A DNA stretch of 63,527 bases, counting the filler, from Fonticula-like sp. SCN 57-25 (Eukaryota), in NCBI GenBank assembly GCA_001724245.1. It is 3 parts of 3 records of this genome, joined end to end, with 100 filler letters (N's around TTAATTAATTAA, not from the genome) between each part and the next. Parts side by side here need not be neighbours in the genome. Positions count along the whole stretch, not along the records: positions 43,890 to 63,527 come from MEDX01000095.1; 2 more parts are not named here. One strand, given 5' to 3'. Under the pieces are notes generated by a model, which ran no database searches, was not told where the DNA came from, and was given only the letters and a program-made list of their open reading frames with translations. This document shows positions 43,890 through 56,301 of this stretch, piece after piece (the stretch's first letter is position 1; each line of letters starts with the position of its first letter). Position numbers and translations under genes: made by a program.

Positions 43890-46800
43890 TTATGCACACG
43901 GAGCTGGAACACGGAGAGACCCGTCATCCACGCGACAAAGCGCGTGAGCGTCGTCTTGCCGGCGCCGGACACACCGATGAGCAGAAGGGGGCCCTGCACC
44001 TGCTTGAAGACACGGCCGATGCGGAGAACGTGCTCGAGCACGTCGTCGAACAGCACGAGCGGGACGTCAAGCTCCTCTTCGTAGAAGACGCGCAGGCGAG
44101 CGCGGATAAACTCGCGCAGCTCCTCCTGGTCGACCGGCACGTAGTTCTTTGACAGCCAGTCCGAGTAGAGAATCGGGCGCTGGAGGGCGCGCTCAACGCT
44201 AGAAAGAGCACCGCCAAAGTTCTCCGTCGCAACGCGGTCAATAAGCTCGTTGGTCCACTGGCGCTCCTCGGGCGTGACGAGACGGTCACCAAAGAGGCGA
44301 AGAGCCTCGTGCGCCCAGAGACGCACAAGGCCGTCGGCGTCAAGCTCACCCGCAAGCGGGCGGATGGCCTCGTAGATGCCGCGCACCCAGCGGGTCAGCT
44401 CACGCGGCGAGTAGATGTAGTGCGCCTGCTGGTCGGGCGTAAAGTGCTGCTGCGAGGCAAGGTAGACCTGCACCATAGAGTCCGTCAACGGCGTTGCGAG
44501 AGAGCGCAGAGACGGGGTCATCTTGAGGGCCGCGCGGTTGAACGTTCCGTAAATCGCACGCAGCGACTCCTCGCCGGGGTAGTCGACAAGGACAATCGGC
44601 GTGTGACGCATGAAACGGGGCGAGAGCGGGACACGGCCGGGATCGGTCGGCGGGTTGCACGCACCCACAAACTGGATGCGGTCGAGGCGAACCCACTGGC
44701 GGTCCGACGTACGCCAGAAGCCGTTCTGCTCGATGAGCTGGCGCATGAAGCTGATAACACGCTGGGTGCCGTACTTGTCCGCCGAGGGCAAGTTGATTTC
44801 ATCGCAGAAAAGAACAAGCCACTTGCCGGGGACCGTGGGCGAGAGCACGAGGCCGCTGGGCGTCTTGCGGAACTCGCAGTACTGCTCGAAACTCTTGATG
44901 AGGAGCTCGGGGGTCGTGGCACTGCTAAAGTTGAGGCCGATAACCTCAAGCTCGGGCAAAGCACGAAGCGCAGCAAAGAGCGTCATGGTCTTTCCGGAAC
45001 CAGGAGGACCGCAGAGCAAAAGCGGGCGGTGCTCGGCAAGCCAGCCGTACAGCACATCCTCGTGGCGAACGGTGTCGACCGTCGGAACAACCACGTCGGA
45101 CGCGATGACGCGGTGCGTCTCAATATCGACAACCGGAACGCGAGATTGCCACGGGACCCACTCGCCCGTCGCCGCATTCACCTCATAGTCGAGAAGAGAG
45201 CGATCAGGCGACGGAAGAGACGTTCCCGACGTCGCAAGAATAAAGTTGCTAAACTCGACACGCTGCGCAAGGCGAGCGTCACCCGCAAACGACCACAAAA
45301 GGGCAAACAGCAGGCGCCGCGAAGCAAAGCTATCGACCAGGTCCACCGACATAGGGAAGTCGGTGTGGAGCTCGTTGTAGTCCTGAATGATGCGCACGCT
45401 CTTGTTCAGCATGGAGAAAAGAGTGCCGAGAGCACGAATGCGCGAAAAGTCCATGATGTGCTCAAAGCCTTCAGCAAACGCGAGCGCGCGAGACACCAGG
45501 CCGTCCGGAGAGAGGGCGGCCTCCCAGATGTTGGCGCAATCGCGCTGAATCTGCATCGACGGCGGGACAGCCTGCGCAGCAGGCTCGGTCTTTCCCTTGA
45601 CGGGGCTGCTCGTGGGCGCCGGGACATCGCCAAAGGTCGTGTTCGAGTCATCCAGCGGACGCGAGCGAAGCACTTGCAGGTAGTGGTAGTAGAGCATCGA
45701 AAGGCCAACGACATCCTCGCTGTACCAGACCATACCGCAACGACTGACCGTAGCCAGCGTGGCCGACTTGAGATCCTGCACCTCAAACATGATGCGCATG
45801 TTGGGCGGAAGCGACAGGCGCTCGCCGTTGGGAAGCGTGAGGAGCTTGTTGTCATCGAGCACCGAGTTCAAGTTCTCCACCCATTCAGGATCGACATCAC
45901 CGTCAAAGATCACCCACTGGCGCTTGGTCAGCTCGCCACGAACGTTATCGAGGACCTTGCGCAAAACGTGCGTGAAGAGACCGTCGGTCCATTCGCGCGT
46001 CGTGGGGTCAAGCGTGCCGTAAAGCGCCTCCTTGGGGATGGCCTTGGGGTCAATGATGTGGGCGACGCCCTCAACACCCTCGACGCGCTGCAGAGCCTGC
46101 AGGAGAACAGACCACGACGAGGACTTGCCGCTGCCGGAAGGTCCAACAAGCATAACACCGTGGTTGATGCGCTGGATCTGGTAGAGCTGCAGCGTCTTCT
46201 CCACCCAGGCGTCGGACGGCACGAGATGGCGCTCGGCGCACACGGCGTGAATGGCCGCGCGAAGCGCCTCGAGGTCGGCAGGGCGGTAGGGAATGCCGGG
46301 GAACACGTCAGCAAGCAGGCTCTTGAGAAGCGGTATATCGTCCGCAACGAGCTTGGGCACGACAGTCTCGGCGACCGACTGGATGAGAATCTCCTGCTCG
46401 GTGGACGATGAAGCGGCCTCCGACTGGCGGCCCTCCTGAGTGAGCAAGCGAAGGCGCTCGCGCTTCAAGTTACCCGCCGAAACAAGCACCGACTTGAGGG
46501 CGCGGAGACCAAAGTCATAGTGAGGCTGCGGCGAAAGCTGCTCGAGACAGAGATTGAAGAACGGAACAATCTTGGACGCAAGCGTTTCGGCCGTGCGGAA
46601 GCCCTGGGAGAAGAGCATCACCTGCGAGATCATCTCGCGATCGGGCTTGGTCATGGCCATGCTGCGGAACAGCTTCTTCAAGTTGTCGGGAAGGTTCGAG
46701 CGACCGGCGTAGCCAGGGTTCATAGTGATGAAAATACCCGTGGACGGCTGCACGACAACGCGCTTCTCGACCAGCTCAATCTCGATCTTGCCAGACTTGC

Positions 46801-49800
46801 CAGCATGATCCTTGAGGGCAACCTGGATCGTCTGAATCTGCTGCGAAACGGCAGAGAGAATGCGCTCCTCGAGACGGTTGAACTCGTCAAAGCAGCCGTA
46901 CGCGCCGACCTGGCAAAGACCGACGAAAATGCGGCCCATCGCCTGGAAATCAAAGTTTTCGTCGCAGCAGAACACGAGGACAAAGCGGCCGAGCTGAGCA
47001 CCGAGCGCCTTGACGGACTCGGTCTTTCCGGTACCGGCGGGACCAAACGGAGAGCCACCGAGGCGCAGGTCGAGCGCCTGGGTCATGGTAAGGAAGCAGC
47101 GGTCCGTGAGCGGCGTCTGCACAAGCTTGTCGACGACACCGAGGTACTCGTATCCATACTCAAACTTGGCGTTGGCCATATGGATGGAAAGGCGGTCGAG
47201 CGACGAGGGCTCGCCGCGCTTGGCATCGTAATAGAAGCGCATGTGGTACAGCCACGCGAAGGACTTGGGCGACACAACGCGCTCCGCGATGAGAGAACGC
47301 ACGAGATCCCTCTGGTGCACGAGCTCGGTAATGAGGTGCTCGCACTTGCGGCGGTGAATCGGCTGCAGCTCGTCAAGCACTGTGTCGGCAAGGAGGTCAA
47401 GCGCCTCCTTGAGGCGGTGCAGGATATGGCCCAGGTTGGTCGTAGCGGCAGCATTGTCGGTCAAGGCGCCCTCGACGGCCGCTGTCCAGTTGATCTGCGC
47501 AGCGAGGACGACGAGCTGGCAAGGCACAGCGCTGATCCACGACAAGTACTTTTCGGCAGCGAGAGGCCCAGCCTCGGGAGCAGCCGCGAGATCCTGGCAG
47601 CTTTCCAGCGAAGCGACAGCCTCCGACAGCTCAATAGCAAGAGTGCGCTGCATCTCGGCCTGAAGGGCGGAAAGCCACTCGTTGATGCGCGGCATCTCCT
47701 TGATAGAGATGGTCTTGCGGAACTTGATCTCCTCGCCTTCCTTGGAAGCCATACCCAAAATCGTGGTGGCTTCCGCATCCAGCAGGAGGGAGGCAAGGCC
47801 GGCAAACATCTTCTTAAAGTGCTTCTGGATCTTGACCAGATCCTTGGCGTTACCAATGATCTCGAGCAGATCTTCGTCACCAACAAAGTAGAAGCGCGGG
47901 AATGCCGCGCGTTCCTTTTCAAGGTACTCGCCGAGCGCCTTCTGAATCTTGGCCAGCATGTCGGCAAGGCGCTCGACCGAACGCTGCACGTTCGCGATCG
48001 CAATGACCTCGAGAACCTGAGGAGCCTTGGCAACCTTCTTCATCATTCCGAGGAATTCCTGGTTAATCGACTGGAAGCGAGACGACTCGGTCGGCAGAAG
48101 CGCCTTGATATCGGCGGAGCCCGAAAAAATGCCCTCCAGGTAGACCCACTGGCGCTGAACATCAATCCAGACATCAAAGAGCAGGTTCACGCGGTTCAGC
48201 TTCTCCTCCCACGCCAGTGCTTCGTCCTCAAACACCTTGAAGAAGGGCGACAGCTTCATGGCGGACATGCTGTTGAGATGCTCGCCGCACTTGGCAAAGA
48301 GTTCGTCCCAGCCGCGAATGAGGTGGCACTTGCCCTGGTAGGGGACCAGCTCCAACTCGTACGCCTGCCACGTCTCGCGGACGGTCTTGAGGTACTCTTC
48401 AAGCGCCATTTCACCCTGGGCAACAGTGATGACTTCCTTGACGGGAACCTCGTTCTTGGTCAGATTGAGCCCCCAAACGTGACCAAGAGTCATCTCGGGC
48501 AGGAGGATGCGACCCTCGACGCGCAGCTTCTTGAACAGCAGCTTCCAGTGGCGCTCGCGCAGAGCCTCCGACTTGAGCTCGGCGATAAGAAGGTTGATCT
48601 TGATGTACTGACGAACCATAACCTGCACATGCTCAAAGGCAGCATACTGCTTGAGGCGCGCAGGCATGTCGCGGAGCAGGCCCTGCAGCTGATCGAGGCC
48701 AGCGCGGACCTTGCGCGGAAGCACGGAAGCCCACGGGGTCTCACCGAGCTCGTTGAGCGCCGCCCACACCTTGGACAGCTCAACCCAAACAGTGCGAAGG
48801 TCCTTGAGCTCCTCCAAGAGCGGGGCAATGCGGTCATCTTCGCGGGCCTCCAGATCCAGCGCCTCCTTGGCGCGAGCAATCTGCTTCACGCTATCGGCCA
48901 AGCGCTGCATGCGGCCCTCAAAGACAGACATAGTGTTGAGCGCCGCCTCCGGGCGCACGTCGCCTTGAATGGGCTTGCCAGCATCCCACTCGGCCATGAG
49001 CTCCTTGACACGCGCGTCGATGCTCGAGTCCTCGGCAAGCACCTTCTGCTGAAGGGTAGAGAGGCGGTTCTGAATGTCGTCGGTCTTGCGCGCAAGGATC
49101 TCGCTGTAGGCCGACCACTCGCCGCTCACCTGGTCAAAGTAGAGCCAATCGGCCGGGAAGGCAAAGCGCTGGCGCTCGAGCTGACGCTGGCCGGAACGGA
49201 AGTCGTCGAGCTGGCTTTCCCACGCGGCCGCCTTGCGCTTCAGGTCCTGCACAAATGTGATAAATGTAACGGCGGCCACGGTACTGTCGCCGTCCAGCGT
49301 TTGCTCCTCGAGCTCGATGCGAGCCTGCGAGATAGCAGTGAAGAACTCGTGCATCGCCTGTCCCAAACGCTTGCCATACCGAGTGAGGAGCTCGCGCTGC
49401 CAAGCGTCATACTTTTCGTTGACCTTGCTCTGCACCTGGGCATACTCGACGACGAGCGGGCCAAAAGAACGCGATACATCAGAAGTATCAAACGTAGAGC
49501 GCGCCGTGCGGATCTCCGCCAAGAGGCGCTGCCAGCGGCCGAGGTCATTTCCAAGCTTGCCAAACACAAGCGACTCGTCAAGATCCCACAAGGCTTGGTA
49601 CTGGAGCCACACGGTGGTGTACTCGGACACCTCGCGCAACTTGCCCTCTACTGCCTCGTAAGCGCGCTGGAGCTCGCCGCTCTCAAGAAGGCGCCCAAGA
49701 AGCGAACGGAACGACGCGGTTTGGGCGCCAGAGTCGGCGCGCAGATCAAAGCGGTTGCTCTGCAAAAGAGGAAGGTCGCACACGGCGCCAATGAAATCGT

Positions 49801-52800
49801 AAAGCTGCTGGATCCACGTCACTCGAGAGCTCTCGAGCGGAGGATCCAAAAACATGGTCTGGTTGCGGATGCGAAGCTCGTGGACCTGGCGGCTGAGCGG
49901 CGGGGCAACAGTGTGAACCGCCTCGGCATCGCGCTCCGACATCAAAGCAGCTGCGCGAGCAGGCGTAAGGGAAGAGCGCCCACCGCGACGCTTGCGGGGC
50001 GTGGAGGAAACACCGTCGGTGTCGTCCAACTCCAAGTGGGGGTTTGTCGGATCCTCGGCGAGGAAGACCTTGACCCAGGCACGCACTGCCTCCTGGAGAC
50101 GCTTGATGAGAATCTCTGCCAGTTGGGCGTTGAGTCCAGCAGTCCACGTCTGAACGTTGCTGTACGACTTGTAGTTGAGCTGGTCGACCTGCTTCTGGAG
50201 CTCGTTGACGTGCTCGGCCAGCACGTTGGGGCGGAATGCGCACGTCCGAAGGGCCGCGATGCTCTTCTTGGACGACTCGGTGATGGCAAACAGCTCATCA
50301 GCGCTGTTGGAGTACAGCATCACGCTGTCGGAGAATTCACGCAACAGACTGGTATGCGCGCGAGCCTCCGAGAGGCGATCGGCGCCGCCCGTGACGAGGG
50401 CATCCCACGTGAGGCCCGAAGTGCGCTCGAGCAGCACGCGCACGCTCTTGCGGATAGACGCGATGAGAGGGCGAACCGAGGGATCGGCATCGACGCGCTG
50501 CGTCGTCAAGTTGTACACGTGCAGGGTTTCGCGCAGCGTGACGGCGTGCGGATAGACCATGCGACCGAGCTTTGCAGTCTGGGCGATCGCCGGCGGAATA
50601 GGGAAATCGTATGCGCGGGTCACGCCCAAAACGCTCGACGAGGCACCCGAATCGGCAGCAGCTGCCAGGGCGCTGGACGACTCGAAAGCAGACACCGCAC
50701 TCATGTTGTTAAAGTTGCGGACCTCCTTGAAAAGGGTCTTGAGGTCTTCCGGAAAGTTCACGTCCACGTGAAGGCGCACGACTCCGTCAATGCGGCGACG
50801 CTCGACAATGAGCATGTGGCCGGCAACCTTGAGATTGCGCTTGGACACGTCCTGCACCCAGGACTCAAAGATCTGCTTCGGGTCGAGCTTCTTGTGGAAA
50901 GCATTGAACTCGCTGAGCAGCTTCTGAGAGGCCGTGTACTTCTCCCAGCCTTTGCCGAGGACGTCCTCGACGCGCTGAATGTTGGCCAACAGCTGGCGCT
51001 CAATCTGACGCGCCCATAGAATGTGGCCTGACACAGGAGGGAGATCGCGCAGGGTGGCGAGACGAGCAGCCGGCGATGCCTCGTACTTGCGAAGGAAGGA
51101 TTGCCGGAGCTTTTCGATATCCTCCTCCACGTTCTTGAGCAATGTGGCTTGGTAGTCCTGCACCGCAGCGCGAACCTTGGGACGCACAAAAAGAGCGTTA
51201 AACTGCGACAGAACGCGGAACATGTCGGATGAGTTGCGGGCCTCGCCGAGGCGCTCGCGGAGAAGCTCGATGATGCGCGATTCGACGTGCGAGACGCGAA
51301 TCTCATAATCGCGCTCCGACGTCACCCAGATGTCGATGCCTTCAGGCGAGAGATCAAGCGCATCAATGAGTTTCAGTGGCGAATACGCACTGTCCACTTC
51401 TTCGACCGCGCTTTTCCCGCCATCAAGGTGCATTTGGCCGGACTGCACAACGTGCGTGACCGTGTTGAGCAACTGCGCGTGACGCCGGCGGAAGGTCTGC
51501 AGAGCAGTAACGCGATCCTTTAGGCGAGAGTGCTCAATGACGACCTTGCTGATGATCTCGTGGCGCTTGCGCAAGATGTCGCGCAGAGCGCTCACAATGT
51601 CATTGGTGCCAGAGTCAAACTTGGCAAAAAGATCCTCCAGTTGCGCAGCAATGTGCTCAAACTCGGTCATGGGCATCGCCATCAGGCTTCTGCCAGGAAC
51701 AATACGAAGAATCTGCTCCATAAGGTCGCGCGAGATCGAGCGCGTAACGAGCGAGGCGAGGCGCTGCGCCGGGTATTGCGTGTTGCGGGCCTTCTTGTTG
51801 ATATGGCTCAACAGGCGGGACACGCTCTCAGAGAGCGTAGGAAGATCCTGGGCCGAAAGCAAGTCGTTGATAGGAATGTCCTTGAGAAGCGACTGGTAGC
51901 GCGCGATCTTTTCGAGTTCCTCCTTGACTCCGTTGTCGTTCTCAAAACTAACAGAGACCGTACGGTGCCCCTTGGTGGCCTTGAGCAAATTGAGCGTCAG
52001 CTGCACGCCTTCGCCGTTGATTTGGTCCTCCACGCGTCTAAGAACAGCCTCCTTGGCGGACCAGAAGGAAATCTCCTGCTGAGCAGAGTGTGAAGCCACG
52101 TCGTGCTCGTGCTTAATCGCCGCTTGAATATCGCGCAGCCACACCGCGACATGCTGAGAAATCTTTCCCATGTAGGCAGCATCGCCCATGTCACCGGTAA
52201 AGTCGCCCAATGAAGCCTTGCGACCTTCGCTCGCCGCCTTTTCGAGCATCTTCACCACGGCAGCAGGGATGGCGAGCTCGACATCGGAAATTCCCACATT
52301 CTGCTGAAGATTCAACAATGAACGCGCAAGCTCCGACATGTTCTTCTTGACATTCGGAATGACGGACTTTTCCTTGTCGGCATCCTTGGAACTCGCGACA
52401 TACGAGTTGAAGTAGGGCGAAACAGCGTTCTGGATGTACGAGTGCAGCTCCTGGAACGGCGATTCCTCTCCAAGATTCAGCAACTGCAGCTGGGAGGCAA
52501 TCGACCGGTCCGCCTCAATCACACTACCGCGCTTGATAAAAGCCACGGCCGACTGGTGGGCAACCGAAAAGGTCATACCCAACTGCAGGGTGAGCGTGTG
52601 CTCGCTGTCATTCTCGCCTTCGTTCTCCTGCCCTTCTTGGCTCGACTTGAATACCACCAAAACAGGGTACTGCGCGTCTGTAGCAAACTTGAACATTGTG
52701 CTCACATTGTCCGGCTTCTCCAGGAAGGCGCGAGTGACCTCATCCTTGAGCTCGAGGGTCAGGGCCAAAAGGCGCGAAATGTAGAGGCTCAGAGGGCCTA

Positions 52801-52876
52801 CGTCAGTCACGGCGGTCACCAAGGGTGGAGAACCCTCTGCCACCGCCGCGGCCTTTGCGTCGTCAGACGCGTCCAT
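43890..52876 (-). CDS. DYNC1H1: Cytoplasmic dynein 1 heavy chain (N-terminal ~3000 aa, truncated in AAA4 by the gap)
   Basis: P-loops GPAGTGKT, GPSGSGKS, GPPGSGKT and GVSGAGKT, plus CFDEFNR and WVENLNSVLDDNKLLTLPNGERL, in an uninterrupted ORF. Confidence 0.97.
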
Positions 52877-53070
52877 TCTCTCACTCCGCACTGAGACGGC
52901 AAACTAGGAAAGACAGATGTCCGCTCCTTTGTTTCTCGTCCGTGTGCCTCGCAAAAGCGCGCTAAGCGAAAATACGCCAAAAAAAAGCGCGAAAGATTCT
53001 TTACCTTTCCAAGTCTCATTTGCAGTAAAAAGACCACGTAAAATACAGAGTAGCAATCAGATAATCAGTC

Positions 53071-53850
53071 ATGATCATGATGGAATCAACGTCTGCAGGG
53101 GGAGGAGGCGCGCTGCTGCGACCGCCGCTCTTTCCCGGCCCTGTTCGCCGCCCGCGCGATGCAAGCGACGACTTTTTCTTTGAAGGTGATTCGCAGCGAG
53201 CGAAATGGTCGAGGCGGCCTGGAACGCAACAGTGGAACAGTAGACGAGTCCCAGACAACGACGATGACGCCGTGCTAGCTTCAACGAACGCGATCCACTG
53301 CGCCACAGCGGGCTGCCACCAAACCTTCCAAGACGGCTTCTCCTACGAACTACACTTTAACGCGGCCCATCGCAACGTGTGTCGCATTTGTCGGCGCATA
53401 TTCGTCAGTGCTCGTCTGCTTGACATTCACGTTCTCGAGACGCACGACACCCTTTTCAAGGTGATGGCGGAGAGCGAGCGCATGTACGCCTGCCTTGTGG
53501 AAGGTTGCGAGCGCAAGTTTATGACCGCCGAGAAGAGGCATATGCATTTGGTGGACGCGCACCGGTTCTCTAGAACCTTTCGCTTTGAGCGCCCCACGGC
53601 ATCAACTCATGCTAGTCAAGCTCGTCGGGGCTCGTCGTTTCCCACAAGCATTGCTTTCGGGCGCGGCGCTCGCAAAGCATTCCATTCCACAAGGCACCAA
53701 CAACCTCTACCACCTCGGCTTGAGCAGGCGCATCCGCCATTAGCTGCAGCCCCTGTAGAGCCAGAGGTGCCGGCAGGGCCAAACCGCCGGGAACGCCGGG
53801 AGCAAGCAAGACTGGCGGCGGCCGCTCACCCGGACGCGATGGAAGATTAA
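53071..53850 (+). CDS. ZNF511: Zinc finger protein 511-like
   Basis: DDFFFEGD, C..AGC..YELHFNAAHRNVCRICRRIF..LLDIHVLETHD..YACLVEGC..RHMHLVDAH. Confidence 0.85.
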   Translation: MIMMESTSAGGGGALLRPPLFPGPVRRPRDASDDFFFEGDSQRAKWSRRPGTQQWNSRRVPDNDDDAVLASTNAIHCATAGCHQTFQDGFSYELHFNAAHRNVCRICRRIFVSARLLDIHVLETHDTLFKVMAESERMYACLVEGCERKFMTAEKRHMHLVDAHRFSRTFRFERPTASTHASQARRGSSFPTSIAFGRGARKAFHSTRHQQPLPPRLEQAHPPLAAAPVEPEVPAGPNRRERREQARLAAAAHPDAMED

Positions 53851-54002
53851 CAAACATATATGCACTATAGAAACCTGTACTTTTAGTGTACTGACCTATT
53901 TACGCAGTATGCACTGTAAACTATTGTTATGGTCAAATGTATATTCGGCATCATGCACTGCTTATGATAGTTTCATTATTTATACAAAGTGCTGCGCAGG
54001 AG

Positions 54003-55182
54003 CTACAGAGGCGATACATAGGCCTGCCGTGTCTTCTTCAAATACCGCTCCAACAGCATATTAAAGTCGCGAATGACAAAGGCGCAAAGGACGTTGTAAA
54101 AAAAGTCAGAGATGTGCTTGAGGCGCAGTGTGACGAGAGATTTGCTATCAATTGCCTCAAACTTGATCAACCATTGCTCTGTAAAGCAAGTGGATGAGCA
54201 AGTGAACACGAAGAAGAAGAAGAAGAATGTATGGACCACGTACCCATGTACTGCGCCAGATCAAATATCCTGGTTAAAAGCACAATGTACGCCGAGTCGT
54301 CGTCACTGAAACCAAACTGTCAGCCCTGTATTCCATCGAAAGGGGAGCGGGAGCGCACATGCGGAGCCGCATTACGTTCGCCTGCAAACGTTCCACTCCC
54401 ATTGCAAAATTGTTGCTCATGCGCGAGAGCAGTTTGCGCTCAGATGATTTGTCGGTGATCTCCTTGATAAACTTTAGCTTGCGAGCTAGCGTATTTTGGA
54501 TCGAGTCCAATTGAAGGCAAAACTCGTCAAGCTCCTTGGCAAGATTCACCGTGTCCTCGAGATCTTCTTCCTTGAGCTTCTGCAAGTAAATCAAAATTGT
54601 CTCGCATGAAGTGAACTTTGCTTCGATCGCGGTGAACTTGGCGCCGGGCTGGAACCACAGGTTGCGGGGGACCCAGAGACGCTGAGTTACATACCCGCCG
54701 CGCACCATCGTCTGCCCGAGCGTGCGCATTAGCCAATACGGACGCGAACTGATCGAATCCGGCGGCTCGTCAGGCTGCTCGCCAAGCAGCTGCGCCTCCT
54801 CAAACTCGAACGCGGCATTCGCAGAGGTGCCGACGCTGTGCCGGGTGGCTGTCAGTTATCGGGCGACATCGCCAAACTAGCGGCGTACTGCGCAATCTCA
54901 GATACACTACTCTGAATAAACTCCATTCGAGCTGTGTACTCGGCAACCTTGTCATTGATCTTGGACCGGTCCTCGTCGCTCAGACCCGTGAGGGGCTAGG
55001 AGCGGCCCAAGATGTAAGCACAAAAAAGAGATGGAAAGACAAGGCGGTACCTCGACCGTCAAATAATAAATCGCGTCATCGTAACAATTGATCGCATTCA
55101 CATAATCTCCACTGTTGTCCAGGCGCACTGCCTCTTCAGCGCGCAACAGTGCTGTGGCGACCTGAACCCAAACACTTTCCAT
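54003..55182 (-). CDS. MIT-domain protein of an uncharacterised fungal-type family (about 5 exons)
   Basis: N-terminal MIT helices (AVRLDNSGDYVNAINCY..KVAEYTARMEFI) and the conserved block RPYWLMRTL..GGYVTQRLWVPRNLW. Confidence 0.7.
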
Positions 55183-55254
55183 GGTCGCTAGGGAAGACGA
55201 TCCGGGCCGGTTGTTTATTGGTTGAGAATCAGAGAAATCAGAACAAATCAGTTG

Positions 55255-55696
55255 TCACTGTGTGGTGTCGGCATCGGCGCCGTGCGAATCGGCCGCCGTG
55301 AGCAACCGCACGGCGTGCTCCTTGACCCTGTGTAAGCGCTGCTTTAGCATTTTTTCCTGTTGAAGGGATTCTTGTAGTGTGTTCTCGAGCGAGGAGAGTA
55401 CTTGCTCAACTCCAGTTGTGTGATTTCTGGCGGGAAAGCGTGAGAACGACGATGCACGATGCATATTCCTCCCAGGCGCACCTGCTGCGATCCAGCTGAC
55501 GACGAAGTTCACCGTTGACAGTGTTCATAAAGCTTTCCATTATCGTCTCTTGCTGGGGGACTTCAACGGCGTTCTCTTCTTCAAAGCCACACGTTAGCAC
55601 TATTTCAGCCCACAGTGACGCACCATCTTCGTTGCGCCTGCGCTTGCCGGGTGAAGCAACAGACGCCTCTTTGCGCACAGCGTTTTCTGCGTCCAT
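55255..55696 (-). CDS. Small hypothetical coiled-coil protein (2 exons)
   Basis: Two ORFs join in frame through a GTGCGC..CTCAC..CAG intron. It has an NLS-like SPGKRRR and a C-terminal heptad helix. Confidence 0.55.
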
Positions 55697-56301
55697 GGCT
55701 AAAGAATTCGCGTGTTTTCACGTCGAGGACGGCAGAAAGGGAACGCCGAAGAAGGGCGCGCGAAAGGACAACTCTAGCCCAATTTGAATTCACCCAATGT
55801 CAATTCGGCCTCATCCATAAATCCCGCATCTGGATCCGCCCTCCTTGGACCGCTTCTTCCCACACACGCGTATGTTTTGCCAATTATGAGGATAAGAGAT
55901 TTGTGTGGCATGCTGTAGTACTGTATTCAAGTGTGTACCTATTTCTGTGCTATACTATGGAATATCTGGTATCATACATTAATTATATGGCATGGCTATC
56001 CATACTGCTGTGCATATATAGCTGTATTAGTTGTTCCGCCCGCACGACAATATTATTTGGTTCTCCGCTGGTTCTCCGCACGGCCAACACCAGCCAACTT
56101 GCGCCAACATGAGGCCAACATGCCAACATGCATGGCGCGGAAATGCTTTGTCAGCTTTACGTGGAGCTTATGTGATGTTCTGCAATCTGATTCGATTGCA
56201 AAGCTCGGCAGACCACCCACCCACCCGCACCCACCCCGCCATATGGGGAGTTCATTCTAGCAAGGACGCTGGACACTCCCAAGAAGCGATCAAGTCTGCA
56301 A

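Noticed and set aside
44309-51019. Very long antisense ORFs (700 and 1499 aa) opposite dynein, with similar ones opposite myosin, NOG1 and FAR
   Set aside because: These are the expected shadow ORFs of high-GC3 codon usage and show no recognisable domains.
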